DNA of 64,000 nt, from the NCBI GenBank assembly GCA_050575255.1, contig JBNZDD010013659.1, positions 1,222,297 to 1,286,296 on the forward strand. The letters run 5' to 3'. The notes under the pieces are model-generated. The model searched no databases, had not been told where the DNA came from, and saw only the letters and a list, made by a program, of their open reading frames with translations. Origin of the DNA: Harriotta raleighana (taxonomy: Eukaryota). A program made the translations under genes and the position numbers. Shown one piece after another: positions 38,373 to 51,327 of this stretch. Each line of letters opens with the position of its first letter. The stretch's first letter is position 1.

Positions 38373-38484
38373 GGAGATAACGATACCTTCATTTTACTTT
38401 TAATAAAAACACATTAAGCTCGAAGGAGAAAATGGGAGCTTTCACTGGTGTCCTGATTATCAATCCTCCAAATAAATAAGAATA

Positions 38485-39115
38485 CAGTAAAACCTCATTT
38501 ATCCGTGATTCGAATAACCAGAAAACCCTTTCAACTGCCATCTCAAAANGAGGGAGAGAGAGGAGGGGGGAATGGAGAGATGGGGGAAAGGGAGAGAGAG
38601 AGATGGGGGAAAGCATACTGGAGTGAGAGAGAGAGAGAATGATGCAGGCAGGTTGATGCAGAGAGAGAGGGAGGGAGGGAGAGAGAGGAAGGGAGGGGGT
38701 GAGAGTTGTGGACAAAATTTATATTATGGATTCAGATTGAATATCTTTGAGGATGTGTGTCTGTCTATCTGTGTGTGTGTGTGTGTGTGTGTGTGAGTGT
38801 GAGTGTATGTGTTTCTGGTGTGTGTGTGTGCTGGCCGATAGTCGGGTCTAAACTCGCTCTTGCTCCTTTTAGAAGTTGTGTTTTGTTTTACCTCCGTCGA
38901 ATCAGTGCTGCCGTTATGAAGTTAAATAGAAATAATAAAGTACTAATACAATATTCTTTTACTATTTAGTCTATTATTAATATGCTGTGTTAAAATATTT
39001 TTTTTTAAATTATATATTTAAAAAAAAATATTTTTAAAAAACACCCTTGAACCGCAAATCCGTTTAACCGCCAATGGCCAGGACCCATGGGTGCTGGATA
39101 AACAAGATTTTACTG
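38485..39115 (-). mobile_element. Tigger/pogo-type MITE, microsatellite-bearing subfamily
   Basis: TA|cagtaaaacctcatttatccgtga ... ggataaacaagattttactg|TA; reverse complement of 6926-7699 including GA/TG tracts. Confidence 0.88.
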
Positions 39116-39116
39116 T

Positions 39117-39452
39117 ACTTTGATACAGCATCTTATCACGTCTCAAAGGACGTCATAGAATATATTTTCAAGTGAATTGACTGTATATTTTGTGGGCCAA
39201 ACATGGAAGACAATTGCCCACAATAGTGCCCCACAAACAGTCGTGGATTGAGTGACCACATTTTTTCTTAAGAAATTGTTGCATGTGGTAAAGCGATCCG
39301 CCAATCGACCAACAAACGGGTTCCTACTTACTGCTAGGCAAACAGAGGCATGTGGAGTAAGGAAACCTGCCTAACGTTTTCACCTGCCCAGGAATTAAAT
39401 CCAGGTTCTCTTGTTTGAGAGGCGAGTGTGCTAACCACTACACTGCAGGACT
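39117..39452 (-). mobile_element. tRNA-derived SINE, long variant with extended CORE-like segment
   Basis: Extra about 60 bp (ccgccaatcgaccaacaaacgggttcctacttactgctaggcaaacagaggc) shared with 51750-51806. Confidence 0.88.
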
Positions 39453-40199
39453 ATATCAAAAGCAAGGATTATTGCGACTTCAAATCATAATTCTTATTGA
39501 AGTCACGTATTTCAGGTATAATAGACAAAACCTATCTCAAAAGAGGCACTTTTAATGTTGCTTTAATATTGATATGGACCATATTGCATAGAGGTTTCAT
39601 GTAGTTGATGGGCATTAGTCATGTGTTGCAAAATAAATCCTAAACTATGAAGTTTGGGAGGTAGCCCACTTCTTGAATGTTTAAGCACTCACTACCAGGG
39701 TAACTTATAATACTTACCAAAAGGTCAACATAATGACGGCATCAAGGAGTTCAAACCTATTTTGTCTCCTGCAATGCTATATCTTTTGCCATGAGGTATT
39801 GAAGCTGTACTAATTTATAGCTATGCAGAAAAATAAGTTCCATACAAAGAAAAAGCTTAGATGATTCCAAGCACAAAGTATAAACATACATGTAGGGACA
39901 TATTTTATCTGAAACATTTTTTTCTCCTGAAGCAAACTGTCTTAGAAAATAAATAGTTCAATGGTGAAGTCATGTAGATCAGTAGATTATCCACAGAACC
40001 ATCTTCAGCTGTCACAGTCATACATTAGATTTTACTTTTAAACAATGGCAATGCAACTGTCTGTCCACTTGCAATTGTCTCATAATCCACAAAGCCTGCT
40101 GAGACTCAACATGTGTGTGTTCGTAAAGTATTCATGCTTTTAATCCAATTAGTATTATATTTTGCTGGGATATATTTACATTTGCTCACTATTGCAGTA

Positions 40200-40886
40200 C
40201 AGTAAAACCTTGTTTATCCGGCACCCATGGGACCTGGCCAATGGCAGTTAAACGGTTTTCTGACTAAATTGATTAAAAAAATAAAAAAATAAAAAAATAA
40301 AAATTATTTTAACACAGTAATAACAGATTACCAGCTCCAATCCTGTGCAAACATAGGAAGCTGCCGTCCGCATCCCGCTAACCCTCAGCGAGGGGAAGGC
40401 ACGGTAGATTACTGTGAAGCCTTCTTGTGAGGCATTTTGAATAGGCTGGACTTGCAGAGAGAGTGAGAGTAGACATACACGCCCAAACACATACCCATAC
40501 AAATGTTGAATAATACTATATAAATAATAGACTAAATATACTAATAACAGATACTATACTAACAGGATATTGTATTAGTACGTTACAATTTCTACTTAAC
40601 TTTTACAATGGCTGCTAAAGGAGGAAAAAAATTGGGAAAACGGCATTTTTTTAACAAACGGTAGTCTCACAAGTTTTGTAAAAAACGTCAATAGCGCGAC
40701 TTTAGGCTCAACTAGCAGCCGACGATATAACTGCAGCAGTACTCATGTGAGGGAATCCATTCATTAAATGCGTCTTCACTATTCTGCTGGATAACTTCCG
40801 GTTCATCGAATCGGGACTTTTTTTTTGAGGTAGCGGTTGAATGGGTTTTCCGGTTCATCGAGTCACGGATAAATAAGGTTTTACTG
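40200..40886 (+). mobile_element. Tigger/pogo-type MITE carrying about 165 bp of foreign sequence
   Basis: TA|cagtaaaaccttgtttatccggcacccatggg ... cacggataaataaggttttactg|TA; 40329-40495 absent from other copies. Confidence 0.9.
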
Positions 40887-42498
40887 TATTTCATGACTGA
40901 ATTCAGGAATCCTTTGTACATGATGCCATGTACCAACATCTGGTTATGTACCATTTATACTATAATATTAATCCTTGCATTTGATACGGTGACTTATCAC
41001 ACTGGCAAATCGTCTCAAGGTGCTTTGCAGGATATTTACTGTGAAGTGCAGTAACTGTATTTTGCTGATGAAAGCAACAGTAAATTTGAACACTGCAATG
41101 TCTTACAAACAGATCTGAAGTGAAAGATGAATTTAATCTAATTGAAGGAGAATTTAATTAATCATTTGCCTAATATTTTGGCTCCATGTTCTAAGTCACA
41201 TCAGAGGAGCATTTCAAGTGGGTTGAAAACATCCGTCAAGGGAAACCGTAGCAGGAAAAGAACCATGATACCTTGATGGCTGAGAAACCTGTGAAGCTCT
41301 GAGATGCCCAGGTCTCTTGCTTGCCAGGTGATTTCTCCAACCACTGAGCTACAATACTCTTGATGGAAAGGCTGGATGCAATAGTGCATCCATACAGATC
41401 ATTAATTTTATTTTTACATCACTGAAATGCATGTTCTGCCCCAACTAGAATCACCACCCTTAGGACGTCCCCCCGATATGAAAGGTGCTATACAAACATA
41501 ATTTGTTGTAGAATAACAAGTCAACTTTCAAAGATCAGTGCAATAGCATTTGTTTTACTATTGCAGCCATTGAGATCAACTGTGAACTCCATAGTTCCAG
41601 GATATTTCAGATTCACATTGGATTCAAAGGATATTAAACGCAATCGGGTGAAACATTTCTGGCAGGCTGAAGTTGTGTTTATGAACTCATGGAAAGATAA
41701 TAGGCTCAAATGAGGATCAGGTGGTGGTACTTAAATTTTTTGCAGTTGAAGATTTCGCCCAGAAAATGCAGAAAATCCACTTTACTGTACTTTCTGTGAA
41801 GCACTTTGAGACATCTCAATAACACAATAAGGTGCTGTATCAAATGCAAGATTATTTTTTAAAGTGTAAATAACAGTAGTCTTGGCATGGGATTACAGCT
41901 AGATTGCTATGTGAATTCAGGCCAGCCTGTCCCATTGGCAACCACCCTTTCCCCCACAGCTCTCAAAGCTATCTGGCAGAGAATGAAAGGATGTACATGA
42001 ATAAGGTTAGATTTCTCATTTGACAAAGAATCTATTTGAGCGGCATGAGTTGCAATACTCATCTTCCAAAAGAACCTGCTGCCTAAGAGTACCTTATTGT
42101 TCCAACAGGTATATCAGATATAGGGGTACTAAATGTCCACTGATTTTTGCTCAAATTTTGTTTGATGTGAATTGACAATCATGTAGAGTCCCACATTGGG
42201 AGGACAGACAAAACGTTCTTTATGCGGAGCAGCTGCAGCCTTGCTCAGAGCTCTGGCTGATAACCATTTCAACACGTTTATAGTGCTACGTGCACTTTAG
42301 TCAAGCTGGATGTAGAGTGCAAATTTCTCAAAACAGCATGCACAAGCAAGGCAGACGAAGACACAAGAAAGCAGTTGTGTTCACGTAGAAGAAATCACTG
42401 TGGCAGTCTTCTTAGTGTAACAAGTAAACCAGATAACTTGGGAGAAACCTCTGCCATGCGTTCAATGGTAAGCCTAGATATGTAACCACAGTTATATG

Positions 42499-44139
42499 CA
42501 ACAACAACAAAATTACACTTGTATGGCGCCTTTCACGTCGGGAGGACGTCCCAAAGTGCTGAACAGTCAGGTCGAGACCCGAGCAGGGGGTAAGGGTCAG
42601 GGGTAGGGGGAGGGGGAAGGGGAAGGAGAGTGGAAGAGGGGGAAGAGTCAGGGGGGTGGAGGGTGGAGGCGGAGCATGCCTGAATCTGCTGAACGGAGGG
42701 TGCGGGTAGGCTGATAGGGAGACAGCAGGTCAGAGAGATAAGTGGGAGCAAGGCCGTGAATGGCCTTAAAAGTGAGGACAAGGATCTTGAATTCGCTCTT
42801 CTGGGGGATGGGGAGCCAATAGAGACGGACAAGGGTGGGAGTGATGTGATCACGAAGCCTGGTGTGGGAGAGTACACAAGCTGCAGAATTCTGAATGATC
42901 TGCAGCCTGTGAAGGGAGGAGTTGGGAAGGCCGACGAGGAGAGAGTTCCCGTAGTCGAGCCTGGAGGTGATAAAGGCGTGAATCAGGGTTTCAGCGGCAT
43001 AGGGGGTGAGGTAGTGGTGGAGCCTGGCAATATTGCAGAGTTGGTGGAAAGCGATACCGGTCAGGGAGAGGATATGAGGGAGGAAGGACAGTTCAGGGTC
43101 AAACAATACGCCCAGATTCCTGACTGGCTTTGAGAGGTGGAGAGAGCAGCCTTGAATGCTGAGGTGTGGAGGCACTGACCCGAGCCAATCAGGAGGGCCT
43201 CCATCTTGTTGACATTGAGTTGGAGGAAGTTGTCCCTCGTCCATGACTCAATGACGGTCAGACAAGCAGTCAGAACACCAGTAGTCCTGGATGGAGGGAG
43301 GAGGCGGAGAGGTAGAGTTGAGTGTCATCCGCATACATGTGGAAATTTACCCCATGTCTGCGGATTATATTGCCCAGGGGGAGCACATAGAGGATAAAGA
43401 GCAGGGGGCCAAGGACAGAGCTCTGGGGAACGCCGCATATGACTTTGCGGGGGCTGGAGGAAAAGCTGTTGGAGAATACAAAGTGAAGACAGTGGGAGAG
43501 ATATGATTGGAACTAGTCAAGGACAGAGCTTTGAAGGTTGAGGAGGGAGGAGAGGCGGTGGAGGAGGATTGTGTGGTCGACGGTGTCGAAGGTGGCGGAT
43601 AGGACAAGGAGGACAAGGAGGCAGAGGGAGCCCTGATCACAGATGGTCAGGATGTCGTTGGTGATCTTGACCAGAGCAGTTTCCGTGCTGTGGAAAGCTT
43701 GGAAACCCGATTGTAGGGGTTCGAGGAGTGAGTGTCTTGAGAGGAAAGAGTGGAGCTGGGAGGCACCCATTCTTTCCAGGACCTTGGAGAGAAGGGGAGG
43801 TTGGAGATGAGCTGGTAGCTTGATAGCTGCGATGCATCGAGGAAAGGTTTTTTGGGGATGGGGGTGATAGTGGCAGTTTTAAGGGAAGTGAGAACAATGC
43901 TGGATGAGCGGGACAGGTTGATGGTGTCAGAGAGTAGTGGGTCTCGGAGGTGGAGCTGGGTGGTGAGGAGTGGGGTGGGGATGGGGGCAAGGGAACAGGT
44001 GGTGGGCTTCATTGCAGAGATCATTTTTTTAACGGAGGATGGAGAGATGGGATTGAAGGTGTGGAAGGAGGGATGGGTAGGAGACGGGGTGTGGGGGGGA
44101 GGTGAGATGTTTAAAGGAGGGGAAGGAACCAGAGAGTAG
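42499..44139 (-). mobile_element. L2 LINE, 1.6-kb 5'-truncated, frameshifted and internally deleted ORF2 (RT) relic
   Basis: KPTTCSLAPIPT, LEPLQSGFQAFHSTETALVKITNDIL...SATFDTVDHTILLHRL, VRNLGVLFDPELSF...SRLDYGNSLL...LYWLPI; (TTG)n tail. Confidence 0.96.
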
Positions 44140-44339
44140 GGGGTACCCCTTCCTGGCATAAATACTGTCAGGACGATACTCATATTGAACAATTTAACAC
44201 ACAACAAACCTAGCCTTGGAGCAAGGTAAGTTGCAGTAGTATGATGTTCCACTTGTCTGACTGGGGAATTTAAAACTCTACATTGAATGAATTATCGAAA
44301 CCCCAAAATCAAATACCTGAAGGGAACAGCTGCATCTAA

Positions 44340-45245
44340 ACCAAAACAAAATATAATATAAAGCACCTTTCATGTCAGGAGGATGTCCCAAGGTGTTGAA
44401 CAGTTAGGGATCAGGATCCAAGCATAAAGGGCAGGGTTAGGATGAGGGAGGAGAGATAGAGGGGGCAGCTAAAGGCACAGTCGAAAAGGAGGATCTTGAG
44501 TCATGCCTTGAAGGAGGCGGGGGAGTGAGCAAGGCGAAGAGATTATGGGATGGAGTTCCAGAGAGTGGGGGCAAAGAGGCTGAAAGCCCGGCTGCTGATG
44601 CTAGAGTGGTTCAGGACGGAGCCTGCTGAGTAGAGGGAGTGAACAGGTTGAGGAGGGGACCTAGGACAGAGACCTAAGCAACACTGTAAGATACTGTGCG
44701 GGGGCTGAAAGAGAAACCATTGGCAGAGACAAATTGGAGACAGTGTGAGAGATAAGAGCTGTATCAGTCAAGTACAGATTCTTGAATGTTAACGTGAGAG
44801 GAGTGGCGGTGGAGGAGGGTGGAGTGGTCCACGGAACCAATGGCAGTAGAAATGTTGAGGAGGACGAGGAGGCAGAGAGAGTCCTGGTCACAGATAGACA
44901 GGATGTAATTTGTCACTTTGATCAGAACAATTTCTGTGCTGTGAACAGCATGAAAACATGATTAAAATGACTCATGAGAGAGTGGTAGGAGAAGAATGAG
45001 CGAAGCTAGGAACCAGCAACTCTTTCAAGGACCTTGGAAGAAAAGGGAAGAGCTGGTAGTTAGAAGGCTTGAATGGGTCCAGGGAAAGTTTTTTCAGGAT
45101 ATGGGTAATCATAGCTGTTTTTAGGGGAATGAGAAGGGTGCCAGATGATAGGGAGAGATTGATGGTGTTGGAGGGATAAGAAGGTGGAGCTGGGAGGTAA
45201 GGAGAGTGGTGAGAATGGGGTTAAGGGAGCAGGTGGTGTGTTTCA
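44340..45245 (-). mobile_element. Older degenerate L2 LINE fragment
   Basis: Collinear with 42499-44010 (tail, HSTE-like region, PLSKVLE-like region). Confidence 0.85.
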
Positions 45246-45308
45246 GGATTTGCGGCTCAGATCACTTTTCAAAGAAAGTGACTTCAGCAGCACTTTGTGT
45301 TCATAGTA

Positions 45309-46530
45309 CAGCAAAATCCTGTTTATCCGTGACTCGATGAACCGGAACTTCTGTATAACATAAAAAAAAGTCCCCATCCAATTAACCGGAAATTATCTGG
45401 CAGAATAGCGGTGGCGCATGTAATGAATCGATTGTCGCACGAGAGTACTGTACAAGTATTTCAGCTTGCCACTAGTAAAGTCACGCTGCCGTTTTTTTTC
45501 CTCCCATGGTAGCCGCCATTGCAGAAGTTAAGTATAAATAATAAAGTACTAATACAATATTCAGTTATTACAGTATCTGTCATTAGTGTATTTAGTCTAT
45601 TATTTATATGGTACCATGTACAACATTTACAATAAGATACCCATACAATATTCTGTTATTACAGTATCTGTTATTACTGTATTTAGTCTATTATTTATAT
45701 GGTACAGAGAACAACATTTATAATAACGTACCCATACAATATTCTGTTATTATGTTATTCTTCTTCCACTTCCAACGGATCGCCCGTCTCCGGCAATACT
45801 TCACCCCAAAAGCTGCTGAAACACTGGTCCAAGCCTTTGCCACCACCCAGCTGGACTATCCAAATGCCTTCCTCGCCGGTCTTCCCTCCTCCACAATCCA
45901 GAGACCAGCTTATCCAGAACTCTGCCGCCTGTGTTCTCACCCACACCAAACTTTGCTCCCCCATTACCCCATCCTTGTCAGACTTCACTGGCTCCCTATC
46001 CTAGAGAGGATTGATTTCAAAATCCTCACCCTTATCTTCAAATCCTTCCACTCCTCTGCACCCTCCTATCTCTCTGATCTCCTCTCTCCTCAAACCAGCA
46101 TCTGCTGCCTTCGCTCCACCAGTCTGGCTTCCTCCATGTCCCCCGAATCCTCCACTCTACCCTCAGCGGCCATGCCTTCAGCCTCTATGCCTCTAGACTC
46201 TAGAATTCCCTCCCTCACTCCCTTCGCCTTGCCCCCTTTTTTCCCAGCTTCAGGTCCCAGCTGAAGACCTTTCTCTTCGACCATACCTTTGGTCACCTCT
46301 CTACCCCTGCCCCTGGCTCGGTCCTGGGATCCGCTATTGTGAAGCGCTCTGAGACGCTGTCCGGTGTGGAAGGCGCTAAATAAATTGAAGTTGTTGTTGT
46401 ATTATTTAGTCTATTATTAATATGGTTTGTTTATTACAAAAAAAAATGTGTTGGGTTTTCGGTGTTGGATCCGACCATTTAACCGGCATTGGCCAAGTCC
46501 CGCGGTTGCCAGATAAACAAGCTTTTACTG
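45309..46530 (-). mobile_element. Tigger/pogo-type MITE containing a nested L2
   Basis: TA|cagcaaaatcctgtttatccgtgactcg ... agataaacaagcttttactg|TA. Confidence 0.88.
45760..46400 (+). mobile_element. L2 LINE 3' fragment nested in MITE
   Basis: FFHFQRIARLRQYFTPKAAETLVQAFATTQLDYPNAFLAGLP...LHWLPILERIDFKIL; gttgttgttg tail. Confidence 0.95.
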
Positions 46531-46574
46531 TACTCATATGAACATGTGTGGGAAGTGATGTTAACAATTCAATT

Positions 46575-46880
46575 GTCTAGTCCCCTCCACCCAGGGTGGC
46601 ATCTCTTAACACTCTTAACAGAGTGCTTAACAGTGGCAGAGCCTGACACCCAGCCATGGGGAGGGGTGAGGTGGCCATCAGAATGCTCAAAGAGGAAAGT
46701 TTTCAGGCGAGACTTGAAAGAGGGAGCAAGGGGAGGGATTGAGGGAGAGTGTTCCAGAGTTTTGGGGCGTAGAGGCTGAAAGTGCACCCTCCAATGATGT
46801 GGCAGAAGGTGCGAGCAGATGTGCCGGTGGTGGATTGGGGAGTGAGGAGGTTGGAGAGGTCGGGTGATGCCAGAGAGGAA
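46575..46880 (-). mobile_element. L2-type 3' fragment
   Basis: Reverse reads PSFKSRLKTFLF; gttccagagtttggggcgtagaggctgaa. Confidence 0.75.
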
Positions 46881-47377
46881 CGGATTTGAACATAATGTTA
46901 GTGGTGACCTGACATTCTGGAAGTCATCCATTTGTTTAAATGCTTCTTATGCAGTTGTTGAGGTATTGGCTCAGTCAATTGTGCTATAACAGGTTCTCGT
47001 AGACTACTATGCCAATAAAACTTTGGAGAGTTTTCTTTATTTATAAATAAAATTTATAACTTATTTATAACTTATTTTACCACACTAAATTCAGGAGCTC
47101 CGAGTCCGACTAATTAATCACCAATAAGTAAGCTGACAAGAGACATAAATCATGTATTATGATCTGGATTTGTTAATTAATTATTGATTTTTTAAATAAA
47201 TTACAACATAAAATTGCCAAATGCATAAAATCCAAAACGTAAATCTCAGGAACAGTAAAACATAGCCTAACCAATCCAATAAAAATCTCCAATAAAAATA
47301 GTAATACTGAATCCGATACAGAATTGTGCAATATAACATTATTATCACATTGTTAAGATGGCTCAAAGAGCTTTATA

Positions 47378-47703
47378 ATTAATAATAGTCCTCACATTTG
47401 ATATAGCTCTTTTCACATCTTCTAGACGTCTCAAAGTGCTTCACAGAATACACTGTAAATTGAATTGATTCTCTAAATTGAATTTACTGTATATTCGTAG
47501 GCAAAACACAGCAGTCAATTATGCACAGCAGTTTCCCACAAACAGTTATGGATTGAAATTAACTATTTAAAAAAAATTGGGGAGGTATTATTATTAGGCG
47601 TGTGGAGTAAGGAAACTTGCCCAAGGTTTTGCCTGGCCGGAAATTGAACCCAGATTTCTCGCTTGCAAGACAAGTGCTCTAAACATTGACCTACAGGACT
47701 CCA
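47378..47703 (-). mobile_element. tRNA-derived Deu-like SINE, full length
   Basis: Head with cttgcaagcgag loop, body and tail. Confidence 0.92.
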
Positions 47704-48408
47704 CAAAATACAGGATATTCTTTGAAGTGATGGGGCTATGTGCATTCTGGTGGTGGTGTATTCTACGCAATTTAAAGTCAAAGAATAGAAAATAGTCCAT
47801 TTTATAACTGCTATAAATTTAGTCTCTCCACAAAAGCCAACCCAGTAAAACTCTCATGGTTCATCTCATTATACATCGTAGAATTGCTTAAATCGTACAG
47901 ACATTGCAATATGATAAAAAGGACAAGAAATCTGAAGGGCACCTTCCTGCAACAAACACTGCACATTTCTTGCCAGAAATTTAAAACCTTACCTATAACA
48001 ATTAACAGCCTCTCTTCTTCTCAAACTATTCTTGATCCTAAATCGTTTTTTTTTTGATCATTAGCCTTTTCCAATGCAATTAACCAGCAGCATCGAGTGG
48101 AAGTCAATCATGCAACTGTATTGGGAGTGTGGAAAACCAAAATCTTATGCTGTGCCAACAAGCAAATTAGTTTCAGACGTTGCAGAGATTTGACTTACTT
48201 ATTTTCTGCTATAAAAGTGAAATCTGGGTTACACATTCCATTGAATGTGGAGCTTTGTTTCCAAGGTCTTAATTCTGTGCAGTTTTGTTTAAACAAAACA
48301 TAAAGAAAACACAAACTTCTTCTTTTTCACAGAAATCCACATAGGAGAGATGGTGAGAAGTTGTAATTCATGGATTGGTGTTTCAATGCACAACCTACCA
48401 GTTTTATC

Positions 48409-48478
48409 AATAATACTATGATGTGTTTTGTAATAATACTACAATGTGTTTTTGTAATAATACTACAATGTGTTTTTG
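48409..48478. repeat. 24-bp minisatellite, about 3 copies
   Basis: (taataatactacaatgtgtttttg)n. Confidence 0.9.
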
Positions 48479-48569
48479 TCCATTGGTTCATTTTGGCTGC
48501 TGAGGGCTTGATGCCCTTTTTGAATAACATTTGTGGGCTGCAAAAGCAATATTTCCTTCCAGCATAATA

Positions 48570-48848
48570 TGGAATCTTGTAGCTCAGTGGTTAGAGCATC
48601 TTCCTTGCAAGCGAGACCTGGGTTCAATTCCAGGCAGGGCAAAACCTTGGGCAAGATTTCTTATTCCACATACCTAATAATAAATTTAAATTCAAGACTG
48701 TTTGTGGGACACTGTTGTGCGCAATTGGCTGCCACGTTTCACCCATAAAAATACAGTCAATTCACTTTTACAGTAATATTCTGTGAAGCGCTATGAGACA
48801 TCTAGAAGATGTGAAAAACACCATATCAATAGCAAGGATTATTATTAT
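48570..48848 (+). mobile_element. tRNA-derived Deu-like SINE, full length
   Basis: tgtagctcagtggttagagcatcttccttgcaagcgagacctgggttcaattcc (A and B boxes). Confidence 0.93.
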
Positions 48849-51327
48849 AAATCTTATGGGTTATGGATGAAGCGGGTGGACCGAGTGAAATGGAGTGGGG
48901 GTGAGGGAAGAGAATATCAGCCCACCAATTGGACCACCCTGATCTATACAAAAATACTTATAACCAACTATAAGATATTGTAACTTAATTTGCTTTCAAC
49001 CACTGCAGAAATGTATTTGTTTAGCTTAACCCCACAGTAACATTGGTTCAGATATACAATTTGGTTTCAGACCTGAAACAATACGTCATAAATATTTTGG
49101 GTCAACAATAATCAGTGAAGACGGCACTTGAGTCTCCACAAAGCTTTCCTTAAATTGTATCCTGGAATTCTGACATCCAAGAAAAAAAACTCTTTCAAAA
49201 CTGTTAGTGGACAAACTTCAGTCTTTCCACCAATATCAAATATTATATACACTATCTCAAATGCAAGGATTATTATTATTAATGCTGGAAGATACTTAGA
49301 GATTTTCAATGTGGCATACACCAACAGTAAGATTATAGGAACTGTCGATTGTACTGTACATTGTTTCCCAGTAAACCTATCTCTACTAAGAAATTGATTA
49401 CACTTTTATCACATGCTGTGCCTTGTAACACTGTGTTATATTTCGCACTCCACTGTTTGTCCTAAGCTCCACGGAAATAGAGAGATATATGGACCAGTCA
49501 CTAATTGGGAAGGATGGTACCTAGAAAGAAAAAAGGTTAGCAGCAAGAACTAAAATGGACAATGAGGACAGAGAGATTGCGACAGAACACGGCTCTGCTG
49601 ACTGGTGGTGGCGGTAATGAGAACAACAACTTGCATTTATATGCCCTTCACATAGAGCAACATGGAAGAGGGAGTAGCAGGATAGAGCAGGAGATACTAG
49701 CACAACAAAAAAAGTAATAGATATCCATGAAGCAACAGAAGCATGTATTAGTCGGGGTGGGGAAAGGAATAGCTCTCTCTTCAAGCAATCAAGTAGAAAG
49801 TCCTATCTGAATGCTTTAAAGTCCACTGGTTCAGATGGATTACATGCATTTACAGCCTTCTACTCTTGTACTGTGATGAATACCAAAAGATCAATGTGCA
49901 ATCCATTGTATCCAACAAGACTTTAGATAACCTCTAAGAGGTTTAGAATCAACAATAAAAATCAATTGTCCTGGACGTGCTCACAGGATTGCATTAGCTC
50001 TACGGAGTACACAAATAATTTGCCTCGTCTGGTTTACACTAAAATCCAAACGCATCGGCATCTGGAATTTCTTTGCGAAAGTCCACAATCCACCACACAC
50101 AAAGAAGTTGAAGAATTGGGGGAAAAAATAATTTAACACTGGGATACAACCTTAGAAATGGCATGTAGCGGGGAAAGAGATAAGAAAGATGGAAGACAGG
50201 CGCCTAAAAACACATACTTGTAGTGACAGGAACAAGTGTTTGAAGCACATGGTTGTACTGAGGTAGCAGAAGAGGTTTTGAGTTTATAACCACAGTAGAT
50301 TTGTTTCTGTTTTGTGTTTGGAGCGCCCTCCTCTCAGACGTGCTGCCTGTCCCACAGCATCATTGGCTGAGCTGTCCAATTCTGCATCCCTAACCTCCGA
50401 TACCCCACCAGCCCCACCACACAATCCTTTTTCTGTCTTCAAATCCCACCCGTTAGACTGCATCTCTAATTCCCCTACCCCTCCTCTGCTCGATAGCCAG
50501 CCTCATTACTGTAAAGTTCCCCGAGATGCATTAGATGCAACTACTTGTTCTCCAAGGATGAAAATGATGATAAAAAGAACATGTTTTTCAAAAATAATCA
50601 TCGATATTATCTGACAAAAATCTGGAAATATAAAAAGCAATTTCCCTCAATTTTATAAATAAGTCTACCTGTATGAAGTTTCACAAATGCTGTAGGTGAA
50701 CTCCCTTTTGAAAACAGCAGCATAAACTCCCTTTTGAAAAAATAATTTATAATTCTCAAGGAATAAAAATCTTGAGATATTACAATGTATAATATATATA
50801 TAATCACATTTATTTAGTTTAATCATGCATGGTTTTCTGGCTTTTTTTCATTGATCATTTATAATTGGAAATCACACTGCAAATGCTCAATTACAGTACT
50901 GTACTATATTATTTTTAAATTGCTAACCCAACAAATAACACATGAAAGAGTCTGCAGTACTCTAGTCTAAGGCAAACTGGAAGGCCAAACCATTTACCAA
51001 GAGTAGGAATTCTTTGTGTTCAGCTTCTGTTAATCCAGCAAATCTAAGACGTTATAGGGTGGACAATTCGCAGGAAATTTGCCAGAAAATGTTCCATTGG
51101 AGAGTTTTAGCTGGATAAATTCTATCAGTACCCTAATGCACACTCTGGGGTTATCTCTTGCCAACCTGTATCCAATACTCTCCAGAATTAAGTAAGTTAG
51201 ATTTCCACATGTAGATGGTTTGTATGAAGGAGCTCAGTTTGATTTTAAGCATGGTGATGGGTGTTTGCATGTGTAGATACTGTACTTGGCTAACCAAAAA
51301 TTATACTAGTTGTTAAAATCCTATAAA

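Noticed and set aside
42301-42467. Plus-strand open frame ending ATG|gtaagc
   Set aside because: Opposite strand to the better candidates, weak acceptor, no recognisable homology
42533-44252. Active reverse transcriptase gene
   Set aside because: Frameshifts, internal deletions and 5' truncation; no intact ORF2
48575-48635. tRNA gene (Ala/Val-like)
   Set aside because: SINE head: no acceptor-stem 3' strand or terminator, runs into the SINE body, and the anticodon varies among copies
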